64,000 nt of DNA, taken from positions 33,784 to 97,783 of the forward strand of contig PLYZ01000067.1 of assembly GCA_003151935.1 (NCBI GenBank). The letters run 5' to 3'. The DNA is from Candidatus Dormiibacterota bacterium. Lineage in GTDB: Bacteria > Chloroflexota > Dormibacteria > Dormibacterales > Dormibacteraceae. Made by a program: the position numbers and the translations under genes. The notes beneath the pieces are model-generated. The model was not told where the DNA came from and ran no database searches. It was given only the letters and a program-made list of their open reading frames with translations. Shown piece by piece: positions 44,842 to 53,338 of the stretch; position 1 is the stretch's first letter; each line of letters begins with the position of its first letter.

Positions 44842-46356
44842 ATGGGGGAATCTGCCGCCGTAGCCGGGCTTGTGGCCGAGAAGCGCAAGCTCAAGAAGTC
44901 GCTGTTCCGGTTTGACATGATCTTCTTCACGGTCTGCGCCATCGTGGCGATCGACACCATCGGGCAATCGTCCTCATATGGCGCCCAGGCAATCTTCTGG
45001 CTAATCGTGTCGGCGCTCACGTTCCTCATTCCGTATGGCCTCTTGACGGCCGAGCTGGGTGCGGCCTTCCCGACCGAGGGCGCCACCTACGACTGGGTGC
45101 GCCTGGCCTACGGCCACTTCGCCGGTGCCGTGGTCAGCGTCCTCTACTGGCTGAGCAACCCGATCTGGCTTGGCGGGACGCTCACAGCTACCGCCATCGC
45201 CACGCTGGACGCTCTCTGGGGGAGCAGCTTCACTGGCAACCGGGGAGCGGAGACGGTAATCGGCTTCGTGTTCATCTGGGTCGCTGTCACGATGAACATC
45301 CTGTCGCTGCGTTACATGAAGTGGGTGCCCAACCTCGGCGCATTCCTCAGGATCGGGCTCCTGCTCTTCTTCGCCATACTCGTGATCACGTCCGGCACCC
45401 AGCACGGATTTCATGGCAGCATGGGCGGATTTCTGCCGACTGACGCCACCGTCCTCATCGGCGTGATCGGGGTCATCGTCTTCCAGTGGATCGGCTTTGA
45501 GCTGCAGACCAACGCCAGCGAGGAGATGGAAAACCCACAGCGCGACATCCCGCGCGCGATCTACGCCTCGGGGTTGATCTCTTTCCTCGGGTACGCCATC
45601 CCGATCGTCGGCGTGATCCTGATCCTCTCCAAAGACCAGTTGAGCAACGTGGGGGGCTTTGTCGCCGCGTACCAGTTCGCCTCCAGCAGCGTCTTCGGAA
45701 GCGCCGCGCCGTTCTTCAACCACCTGGCCGGGTTGGCGGTCGTCTTCGTGCTGCTGTCGAGTGGGACGACGTGGTTGATGGGATCCGACCGCCTGATGGC
45801 CATCGGCGCGCTTGCCGGCTCGGGCCCCAAGCAGCTCGGGTATTTCTCAGCCCGGTTCGGGACCCCGATCGTGGTCAACGTCTCCTCCGGAATCATCGCC
45901 ACGATCTTCATGTACATCACCTTTTTCGTCACTGGCGGAAGTCTTCATGGCTTCTTCGCCGCAGTCCTCGGCCTGGTCATCTCGACCACCACCTTCTCCT
46001 ACATCCTGATCTTCCCGGCACTGCTCACCCTTCGCCGCAAGTACCCCAATGTTCCTCGTCCGTACGTCGTGCCTGGCGGCAACGCCGGTGCGTGGGCGTG
46101 CGTAATCCTCACGATGTTCTGGGTCGTCGCGGCCACCGTCTTTTCGATCTGGCCGGGCCTCTTCACCTACCTGTGGAGCGCTGACACCTCTGGCGTCAGC
46201 CGTACCACGTTTGAGGTGTACACGTTTGCGGTCGTGGCATTCCTGATCGCGGTGGCGATCGTCTTCTGGGCGGTCGGACGCGGCCACGCAATCCATGGCG
46301 GCCCGGTGAGCGCTGTCGCACCGACGCCAATGCCGGCTGGCGCGCCCGGCGCCTGA
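44842..46356 (+). CDS. APC-superfamily amino-acid/polyamine permease
   Basis: About twelve hydrophobic segments with an APC-type N-terminal region (KKSLFRFDMIFFTVCAIVAIDTIG). ATG 44842 is preceded by GGGGAGGG. Confidence 0.85.
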   Translation: MGESAAVAGLVAEKRKLKKSLFRFDMIFFTVCAIVAIDTIGQSSSYGAQAIFWLIVSALTFLIPYGLLTAELGAAFPTEGATYDWVRLAYGHFAGAVVSVLYWLSNPIWLGGTLTATAIATLDALWGSSFTGNRGAETVIGFVFIWVAVTMNILSLRYMKWVPNLGAFLRIGLLLFFAILVITSGTQHGFHGSMGGFLPTDATVLIGVIGVIVFQWIGFELQTNASEEMENPQRDIPRAIYASGLISFLGYAIPIVGVILILSKDQLSNVGGFVAAYQFASSSVFGSAAPFFNHLAGLAVVFVLLSSGTTWLMGSDRLMAIGALAGSGPKQLGYFSARFGTPIVVNVSSGIIATIFMYITFFVTGGSLHGFFAAVLGLVISTTTFSYILIFPALLTLRRKYPNVPRPYVVPGGNAGAWACVILTMFWVVAATVFSIWPGLFTYLWSADTSGVSRTTFEVYTFAVVAFLIAVAIVFWAVGRGHAIHGGPVSAVAPTPMPAGAPGA

Positions 46357-46392
46357 TCTTCAACCGCTGACGGGCCGGGTCCTCTCGGCCCG

Positions 46393-47973
46393 TCAGCCTT
46401 CGTATACAACCCGGCCGCCGACCACGGTGGCCTTGACTTTCATCTCGGCCAGCTCTGACATGGGCGTCGTGACCAGGTCGCGATCGAGCACCGCGATGTC
46501 GGCGAGCATGCCCTCGGCGAGCGTGCCCTTCTGATCTTCCGCGTGCTCCGCGTATGCGCCGCCCCTGGTCCAGGCGGCCAGCGCTTCGGAGAGCTTGATT
46601 CGCTGGTCGGGGAGCCATCCACCGGCGGGCTCGCCTGCTCGGGTCTGCCGCGTGACCGCCACATGCAGGCTCGCGGCGGGGTCGAGCGGTACGACCGGCC
46701 AATCAGTGCCGAACGCAACGTGGGCTCCTGAGTGGAGGATCGAGCGCCACGGCCAGCCGCAGGCCGCCCGCTCGGATCCGAGGTTGGGCAACCAGATCTC
46801 GAACAGGTTGCGGTTGGGCTCGGCGTGCTGAGGCTGCATGCTGGCGATGACGCCCAGGTCGGCGAACCGGGGGAGGTCAAGCGGCGAGGGCGCCTCGATG
46901 TGTTCGATCCGGTGGCGCCGCTCGCGTGTCGTCGAGGCGAAGGCGTCGAGGGCCTGCCGGATCGCCGCATCGCCGATGGCGTGCACCTGCACCTGCCACC
47001 CGCGGGCATCCGCCGCATGAACCGCGTGGGCCAGCTCGTCACGGCCCCAAAGGGGTGAGCCCAGCTCAGAGGTCCCTTCGTATGGCTCGAGCATCGCGGC
47101 CGTGCGCGACTCGACGACCCCGTCCGCGAAGGCTTTGAGAATCCCGGTGGCGATCCCCGGATTCGTTTTGTGCGCGCGGACCATCTCGTCGTAGAGGTCC
47201 AACCGCCCCTTCGAGGCTTCCGCATCGAGTCCAGGGACCAGGTCGAACGCCAGCCGCACGCGCAGCGTCAGCTCATCCGTCTCGTGAAGCGCCTTCCACA
47301 GCTCGAGCTGGTCCTGGCCCTCGCCGGCTTCTTGGACCGACCCGATGCCATGCTCCGCGGCCACCCTCATACCGGCGCGAAGAGCCTCGAGGTCTTCGGC
47401 CCTGGCGCGGGCGGGGATGTGGCGCGTCACGCTGAGCATCGCTGCTTCCTTGAGCACGCCCGAGGACGCGACTCCGGCTGTCAGCAGCGCGGGGGTGTTG
47501 GCCCAACCGGTGTGAGCGTCGAACGATTCGATATACGCGGGCCGGTCGGGGACCAGCCGGTCGAGGAGCTCGACGGTGGGCATCCCACCTGGGAACGCCG
47601 AGTAAAACCATCCCCGACCTACGACCCAGGGCCCTGTGTGGCCCGCCGCATAGACTGCGATCCGGCGCTCGACCTCGATCTGGGTTTCGGCTCCATAAAG
47701 ATCCAGCTCGGCCAGCGAGCGCGACGCCATCAGGAAGTGGACGTGCGCGTCATTGAAAGCAGGGAGGATGGTGCCGCGGCGGGCGTCGATGACTCGGGTG
47801 TGCCGGTTGCACAGAAGGCGAACGTCTGCGTCCGATCCGGCCGCCAGGATGCGGTCGCCCATGACCGCAACCGAGGTGGCGCGTTTTCGAGGAGGCCAGA
47901 CCAGGCCGTTGACGACCGCCAGCGATGCGATCTGCACGGCAGCATTCTGCGTGAATGCCACAATTGCACTCAA
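46393..47973 (-). CDS. Amidohydrolase-3 (YtcJ-like) metal-dependent hydrolase
   Basis: ...PAFNDAHVHFL..., HAIGD, and a C-terminal ...GTDWPV... pattern. The exact start is uncertain (TTG 47973 or a GTG a few codons in). Confidence 0.8.
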   Translation of the reverse strand: MSAIVAFTQNAAVQIASLAVVNGLVWPPRKRATSVAVMGDRILAAGSDADVRLLCNRHTRVIDARRGTILPAFNDAHVHFLMASRSLAELDLYGAETQIEVERRIAVYAAGHTGPWVVGRGWFYSAFPGGMPTVELLDRLVPDRPAYIESFDAHTGWANTPALLTAGVASSGVLKEAAMLSVTRHIPARARAEDLEALRAGMRVAAEHGIGSVQEAGEGQDQLELWKALHETDELTLRVRLAFDLVPGLDAEASKGRLDLYDEMVRAHKTNPGIATGILKAFADGVVESRTAAMLEPYEGTSELGSPLWGRDELAHAVHAADARGWQVQVHAIGDAAIRQALDAFASTTRERRHRIEHIEAPSPLDLPRFADLGVIASMQPQHAEPNRNLFEIWLPNLGSERAACGWPWRSILHSGAHVAFGTDWPVVPLDPAASLHVAVTRQTRAGEPAGGWLPDQRIKLSEALAAWTRGGAYAEHAEDQKGTLAEGMLADIAVLDRDLVTTPMSELAEMKVKATVVGGRVVYEG

Positions 47974-47976
47974 TCG

Positions 47977-49080
47977 ATGAAGCTCGAAACTGACGTGGCA
48001 AGCGCGTCGACGCTGCCCTCAACGGTCTATTTGGATCCCGCCGTTCTGGAGCGGGAGAAGGACCGCATCTTTTACCGTACGTGGCAGCTCGTCGCGCACA
48101 TGAGCGAGCTGGCGAGGGTCGGTGACTTCAAGCCGGCCAGCATCCTCGACGAGCCGATTCTCTTGACCCATGCACAGGACGGAAAGCTGCGCGGCTTCTA
48201 CAACGTCTGCCGTCACCGCGCCGCGCAGGTCGTGACGACGCGCGGAAATCGAAAGTCGCTCCAGTGCGGGTACCACGGCTGGGTCTACGGCCTCGACGGA
48301 AAGCTCCAGGTCGCGCGAGAGATGGAAGGCACCCTGAACTTCGACAAGGCGGACTTCGGCCTCGTGCCGATTCGTGTCGACACCCTCGGTCCCTTCGTGT
48401 TCGCCAACCTCGACCCCGCCGCCGCCCCGCTGGCGGACTGGATTGGCGCCATCCCCTCGGAGATCGCGTCGGCCGGGTACGACATGTCGAGCATGCGACG
48501 CATCGAGCGTCGCGACTACGACATCGCGTGCAACTGGAAGGTATACGTGGACAACTACCTCGAGGGGTATCACCTGCCCATCGCGCATCCGGGCCTCTTC
48601 AAGGAGCTGGAGTACGACCAGTACCGAGTGGAGACGTTCCGCTATTACTCAAAGCAGCACGCGCCGATCCGCGAGCTCAAGCCAGGCGAGGTGCCGGGTC
48701 GCGACCGCCGCTACATCCGAATGCCGGGTGCGGAAGACAACGCCCTTTACTACTGGATCTTTCCCAACACCATGTTGAACATCTACCAGGACAACATCAG
48801 CACCAACGTCATCCTCCCGTTGGGAGTCGATCGCACTCTAACGATCTTCGAATGGTTCTTCGCGGAGCCGGGCACGGGCGCCGGCTGGGAATCGATGCAG
48901 CAGACGATCGCTTTCTCGGACGAGATCCAGCAGGAGGACATCGCGGTCTGCGAGCAGGTGCAGAAAGGCCTGAGGTCGCGCTCCTACAGCCGCGGCCGCT
49001 TCTCCGCGCTGCGCGAGAACGGCGTGCACCACTTCCAGTCTCTGATCACAGAATTCCTGGGCCGCGACCAGATCGGCTAA
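47977..49080 (+). CDS. Rieske [2Fe-2S] non-haem-iron oxygenase, alpha-subunit type
   Basis: CRHR...CGYHGW Rieske motif and a catalytic-domain N-W-K...E-x-Y-H pattern. ATG 47977 was chosen; the upstream 269 codons of the track ORF are antisense to the amidohydrolase gene. Confidence 0.85.
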   Translation: MKLETDVASASTLPSTVYLDPAVLEREKDRIFYRTWQLVAHMSELARVGDFKPASILDEPILLTHAQDGKLRGFYNVCRHRAAQVVTTRGNRKSLQCGYHGWVYGLDGKLQVAREMEGTLNFDKADFGLVPIRVDTLGPFVFANLDPAAAPLADWIGAIPSEIASAGYDMSSMRRIERRDYDIACNWKVYVDNYLEGYHLPIAHPGLFKELEYDQYRVETFRYYSKQHAPIRELKPGEVPGRDRRYIRMPGAEDNALYYWIFPNTMLNIYQDNISTNVILPLGVDRTLTIFEWFFAEPGTGAGWESMQQTIAFSDEIQQEDIAVCEQVQKGLRSRSYSRGRFSALRENGVHHFQSLITEFLGRDQIG

Positions 49081-51290
49081 GCGTCAGGGGCCTTCGGCGG
49101 CGGGGCCGGAAGCGTGAAGCGGAAGTCCGAACCCGAGCCGAGAGCGGTGTCGACCCAGATCCGCCCGCCGTGCAGCTCGACGATTTGCCGCGCGATGGCA
49201 AGGCCCAGCCCGGTGCCGATGATCTTGCCGCTCGTCTTCTCGTACCGCTCGTAGCGACTGAAGAGCCGCTTTGCGAATTCGGGCGCGATGCCGGCGCCAT
49301 GATCGCGGACGCTGATCTCGACGAACCCTTCGCCGGCCTGGCTGGAGACGAGTATCTCGCCGCCGTCGGGGGAGTACTTGACCGCGTTTGTCAGCAGGTT
49401 GGAGATGATCTGGGCGACCCGGTCGGCATCGCACTGCGCAACCGGCTGCGCCGGGTCGAGGTTGACGCCGATCACGTGATCCTGGCTCGACGCTCGAGCC
49501 CGCTCGACCGCCTCCAGCACGAGGACGTTGATGTCTAACGGTTCTATGTGTAGCGTCAGGCGGCCGGCCTCGATCCGGTCGAGGTCGAGCATGTCGTTGA
49601 TCATGCGGTTGAGCCGCTGGGCATCCTTGTTGATGTCGGCGGCAAAGGATTTGACGTCTTCCGCGGCAAGGTCCGAGTCGCGGAGCATCTCGCTGAAGCC
49701 CTGGATGCCGACGAGGCCAGTGCGGAACTCGTGGCTCACCAGCGTGATGAACTCGCTCTTTAGCTGGTTCAAGCGCTCGATGCCGGCCAGGTGGGCGGTA
49801 GCCGCCTCGTTGGCCGCATGTTGCGCGTCAGTGTCTTCGTACATCGCGAGGAAATAGTCGACCCGGCCCGCCGCGTTGCGCACGGTGGTCGCACTCCAGT
49901 GAAGCCAGGCGCTGGTCCGGTCACCCCGGACGGCGCGACTGTCCGACTCGATGGTGTCGACTGCCCCGTTCCACAGGGGCTGGAAAAGCTGGAAGACACG
50001 CGCGAACTCGCTCGGGTCGAGGAACGCCGCGACCGGCCTTCCGACCAGGTGATTAGAGTCCACCCGCATCAGGGTGGCCATGCGCGGATTCGCGTCGATG
50101 ATCCGCATGTCGATGCCTACGCGCAAGATGCCGAGCGGGGCGTGCGTGATGATCTCGTCCAGCAGGTTGTTGCGGCGCTCCACCTGGTTTTCGGCCTGCT
50201 GGCTCTTGACGAGCAGCGACAGGGAGTCTCGGTGGGAGAGGACCTGGCTTCCCACCAGCAGGAGTCCGATGCTTCCAGCCAGGACTGTCTCGAAGCGGTC
50301 GAGGGCCTGGCCGCCCATGGCGAGCTTCATTGCGGTGACCGCCGCCGCAAGCAGGGCGACCCAGGGAAGCGCCAGCTGCCAGAGCTCGATCGGGCCTTCA
50401 GCCGCCACCTTCTCCGTGTCGGTGGCAGGCCAGATCGGCGCCAGCGCGATCATCAGGTAGCCGATCACCCAGCCCGCGTCGAGAAGGCTGCCGATTGTGC
50501 CGTAGGAGCCGCTTGCCGTCAGGTAGGCGAAAGTGCTGTCGGCAAGAGCCGCTGCAGCCAGGCCGCCCAGGAGCAGGAACATTCTGCCCAGCTCCGTCCT
50601 GCGCGCGCGTCGCAGCGCCAGCACGAGAACGGTGATCGTGATGATGTCGCCCACGGGGTAAGCAAGACCGATCAGGCGGGCGGGCGGTGACGCCGCCGAC
50701 GTGTCGTAGACGTTGCCAAGCCCCAGCGCCCAGGCTACAAACAGCAGCGACAGGGCGACGATGGCGCCCGCCAGGAGCGCCTCGCCTCGCGTGGTCAACC
50801 GGCTCGGCGCCGAAGTGAACGCGAACACCCCCGCTACCGCGAGCGGAATCGCCAGCAGGAAGCCGGCGTCTGCGGCAGAGGGGAATGGGACGCTCACCCC
50901 CATGCCGACCTCGTAGACGGACCAAACCACCTCGCCGATTCCCCAACTGGCGGCGGACGCAGCGAAGAATCCCCAGGCGAGGCGGGTCCGGTTTTCGGTA
51001 CGGAAGGCCGCCAGACCGCAGCTGACCGCGGCGAGGATCGCGGCGACCGCCTCTCCGATGTCGTCCACAGCGACTGTGGCGTCGTCGCCCCCGATGCGCA
51101 GCCCAGTCCAGGCGACGAATGCCACCGCCAGGATGGCGGCCGCGGTGGCCGCGATCGTGAATGCTCGCCAGCCTCTGAAACCGAAACCGCTGACGACCGG
51201 GACCAATCGGGACGCGGGCGATAAAACCAGGTTGCCCGGAGGCGCTCGCCGCAAAGCCGGAGCGAACGTTGGAGAAGGAGATTTGGCCAT
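49077..51290 (-). CDS. Sensor histidine kinase: multi-TM N-terminal domain, PAS, HisKA, HATPase_c (orphan; paralogue of 31150..33309)
   Basis: Collinear by eye with the other kinase across the TM region (…WSVYEVG.GVSVP.PSAADAGFLLAIPLA.AGV.AF…) and the catalytic core (LKSEFITLVSHEFRTGLVGIQGFSE). ATG 51290 is preceded by GGAG. Confidence 0.9.
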   Translation of the reverse strand: MAKSPSPTFAPALRRAPPGNLVLSPASRLVPVVSGFGFRGWRAFTIAATAAAILAVAFVAWTGLRIGGDDATVAVDDIGEAVAAILAAVSCGLAAFRTENRTRLAWGFFAASAASWGIGEVVWSVYEVGMGVSVPFPSAADAGFLLAIPLAVAGVFAFTSAPSRLTTRGEALLAGAIVALSLLFVAWALGLGNVYDTSAASPPARLIGLAYPVGDIITITVLVLALRRARRTELGRMFLLLGGLAAAALADSTFAYLTASGSYGTIGSLLDAGWVIGYLMIALAPIWPATDTEKVAAEGPIELWQLALPWVALLAAAVTAMKLAMGGQALDRFETVLAGSIGLLLVGSQVLSHRDSLSLLVKSQQAENQVERRNNLLDEIITHAPLGILRVGIDMRIIDANPRMATLMRVDSNHLVGRPVAAFLDPSEFARVFQLFQPLWNGAVDTIESDSRAVRGDRTSAWLHWSATTVRNAAGRVDYFLAMYEDTDAQHAANEAATAHLAGIERLNQLKSEFITLVSHEFRTGLVGIQGFSEMLRDSDLAAEDVKSFAADINKDAQRLNRMINDMLDLDRIEAGRLTLHIEPLDINVLVLEAVERARASSQDHVIGVNLDPAQPVAQCDADRVAQIISNLLTNAVKYSPDGGEILVSSQAGEGFVEISVRDHGAGIAPEFAKRLFSRYERYEKTSGKIIGTGLGLAIARQIVELHGGRIWVDTALGSGSDFRFTLPAPPPKAPDA

Positions 51291-51305
51291 TACTTCTCCG
51301 ATTCC

Positions 51306-51335
51306 ATGTTAATTCATCCGGCTTTCAATTAACAT
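51306..51335. promoter_or_regulatory. Perfect 9-bp inverted repeat ATGTTAATT-N12-AATTAACAT upstream of the histidine kinase gene
   Basis: Read directly. It is AT-rich against a GC-rich background and lies 16-45 nt upstream of the kinase ATG. Confidence 0.45.
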
Positions 51336-51518
51336 CACTAGGCAGTACCTGTAGCACAGCCGCGAGGGGTGTAGCGACGGCTCTGAGGAGGCACTGCGAT
51401 CAAGCCAACCATTGCGGACGATTCGGATCGCCAACCGGCATGTGACCAGGCGGAGGCCGAGCTCGAAGGGACGAGCCTGGTCCTGGCGCTCGCGGTATGT
51501 GGGATTGCGACCATCGCA

Positions 51519-51710
51519 TTGTCGCTGGCGGTCCTGCCCGCGGCGATCGCAATGCGGTTTTTTACATTTCCGGTCTGGGTCGGCGCCGCCGTCGGGTGTC
51601 TGGGCGCGGCGGTGGGTGGGGTGAAGTTGATTGCGATGGCGTGGGCCATGGGAGCGCGCCTCTTGGGCGGGCACTCGGCCGGCGGAGCCATCGCCGCCGT
51701 CGTCGATTGA
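51519..51710 (+). CDS. Small hydrophobic (2-3 TM) protein; start uncertain
   Basis: This frame has good third-position GC and a hydrophobic pattern from about 51477 (LVLALAVCGIATIALSLAVLPAAIAMRFFTFPVWVGAAVGCLGAAVGG...). The only canonical starts are TTG 51519 and a later ATG. Confidence 0.35.
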   Translation: MSLAVLPAAIAMRFFTFPVWVGAAVGCLGAAVGGVKLIAMAWAMGARLLGGHSAGGAIAAVVD

Positions 51711-51766
51711 ACCTCTTCTCGGAGCCTCAGGCGGCGCCGGTCTGTGCCGCAAAGGAGGTGATTTGA

Positions 51767-51865
51767 ATGCGAAAACTAATGTTTGCCGCCATCCTGGCGA
51801 CGATCCTGGTGCTGGTGCTGTCGATCGGCGTCGGCGCTGAGGGAGTCCCCGGCTGCTGCCTCTAG
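51767..51865 (+). CDS. 32-aa exported-peptide-like small ORF (MRKLMFAAILATILVLVLSIGVGAEGVPGCCL)
   Basis: Not in the 60-aa-minimum track. The ATG is preceded by AAAGGAGGTGAT with a 6-nt spacer. High third-position GC. Basic N-terminus, hydrophobic core, a small-residue site (GVGA), then an 8-residue tail. Confidence 0.6.
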   Translation: MRKLMFAAILATILVLVLSIGVGAEGVPGCCL

Positions 51866-51901
51866 AACCTGACTTTACTGGCCAGTTTCGTCAATTCATC
51901 T

Positions 51902-51915
51902 TTGTCAACTGACAA
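51902..51915. promoter_or_regulatory. Imperfect palindrome TTGTCAACTGACAA upstream of the XRE-TPR gene
   Basis: 5-bp arms TTGTC/GACAA around AACT, located 22-35 nt upstream of ATG 51937 in an AT-rich stretch. Confidence 0.35.
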
Positions 51916-51936
51916 TTAGTCGGATAAGCTGGCGTT

Positions 51937-53331
51937 ATGTCAGAGGTGTCCGCACACCCATCAGCCGAAGACGGCCCGAGGGAGATCGGGAAGGCCACCT
52001 CGGGCCGTCGCGGGCGCCGCCGGGGCATCGAGATCAAGCCCGGCACGGTCAAGCAAGCGAGATCTGACGCCGGCCTCAGCCTGGCCCAGGTCGCGGGCGG
52101 CGAGATCAGCCGCACCGCGATTTATTTCGTCGAGACCGGGAAGGCCAAGCCCTCGATGGAGACCCTGAAGCTCATCGCCGAGCGGACGGGGCGGCCTATG
52201 GACTACTTCCTCAGCAGGCCCAGCACGATGGAACCTCGTTCCACGGCAGGAACCGCCGAGATCGAACGGCTGATCACCGTCGGGGACTCGGTCGCGGCTC
52301 TTGCCTCGGGGGAAGCTCTTCTAGTCGCCGAGCGAGACCCTGACACTCGCGCCCAGATCAAGTTCCTGATGGCGACCGCGCACCTTCGGCTCGCTCAGTG
52401 GGTGCAGGCGCGCCGCCTGGCTTCGACCGCGAGGGCGCATTTCGAATCGGCGGGAGACCTGCTCATGACGGCCGAGTGTCTGGGCAGCGAGGCCTCGGCG
52501 GCGTACATGATGCAGGACCCGGGCGCGCTCGCCCTTGCTGAAGGGGCCGTGGCCACATGCCGATCGCTGAATCCGGTTCCGCAAATTACGGAGAGCCGCC
52601 TCCTGGGCATCCTTGCCGCGGTACATACGGTCAACCACAGCTGGCAGGCGGCGATCGACACCTATGAGCTGGCGATCGCGGCCGCGGACGTGGTTCAGGA
52701 CCTGCGCCGGCTGTCGATCATTTACACCGGGCTGAGCTGGGCGTACCAGGAGACCGGCCAGCTCGGCCTGTCGGCGCAATACGCTCGAAAGGCCATCGTC
52801 TTACACGAGACGCTCAACGATCGGCTGTCGCTCGCTCGCTCTGAAAACAACCTGGGGTTGCTGCTGCTTCGACAAGGGAACCCGGTCGACGCGCGAAGAC
52901 ACATTGAAAGGTCAATCAGCTTGTTTGACGACGCTGGCGTAGAAGCCGGGAAGGCGGGCGTCATCCTCAGCCTGAGTGAGCTGGAGCTCGGCGAGTCGAA
53001 TCCAGGGGAGGCGGCCCGATTCGCGAACCAGGCCCTCGAGCTGGCCGGCAGGCTCTCGGAGGACCCCTCGGTTGCCGACGCGCACGTCTGGCTGGGCCTG
53101 ATCGCGGAGGCGCGTGGCGAAGAGGCCACGGCGGATGGCGAGTTTGCGGCCGCTTTCGAAGTTTTGGAGAGACCAGACATGACACCGGACAGGGCAAGTC
53201 GCAGCCACGCCCGCTATGCGGAGATCCTCGAGGCCCGGGGTGACATCGTGGGCGCCGTCCGGCATCTCAAGCGCGCGCTCGCGGCCCGCTCGCAACAGCG
53301 CGCGATCGAAGCCAGGTCAGCCACCGCCTGA
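51937..53331 (+). CDS. XRE-family HTH + TPR-repeat regulator
   Basis: The N-terminal VKQARSDAGLSLAQVAGGEISRTAIYFVETGKAKPSMETLKLIAERTG is an XRE-type HTH. The remaining ~370 aa are repeated helical hairpins (e.g. NLGLLLLRQGNPVDARRHIERSISLF). Confidence 0.85.
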   Translation: MSEVSAHPSAEDGPREIGKATSGRRGRRRGIEIKPGTVKQARSDAGLSLAQVAGGEISRTAIYFVETGKAKPSMETLKLIAERTGRPMDYFLSRPSTMEPRSTAGTAEIERLITVGDSVAALASGEALLVAERDPDTRAQIKFLMATAHLRLAQWVQARRLASTARAHFESAGDLLMTAECLGSEASAAYMMQDPGALALAEGAVATCRSLNPVPQITESRLLGILAAVHTVNHSWQAAIDTYELAIAAADVVQDLRRLSIIYTGLSWAYQETGQLGLSAQYARKAIVLHETLNDRLSLARSENNLGLLLLRQGNPVDARRHIERSISLFDDAGVEAGKAGVILSLSELELGESNPGEAARFANQALELAGRLSEDPSVADAHVWLGLIAEARGEEATADGEFAAAFEVLERPDMTPDRASRSHARYAEILEARGDIVGAVRHLKRALAARSQQRAIEARSATA

Positions 53332-53338
53332 CCTGCGC

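Noticed and set aside
51767-51865. Alternative reading of the 32-aa ORF as a lipoprotein signal peptide or a RiPP precursor
   Set aside because: There is no canonical lipobox: Pro sits at -2 of the first Cys, and only two residues would follow. No modification enzymes (cyclodehydratase, LanM/B, radical SAM, AgrB-like) are nearby. A type I toxin-like membrane peptide remains a possible alternative and is noted in the finding.
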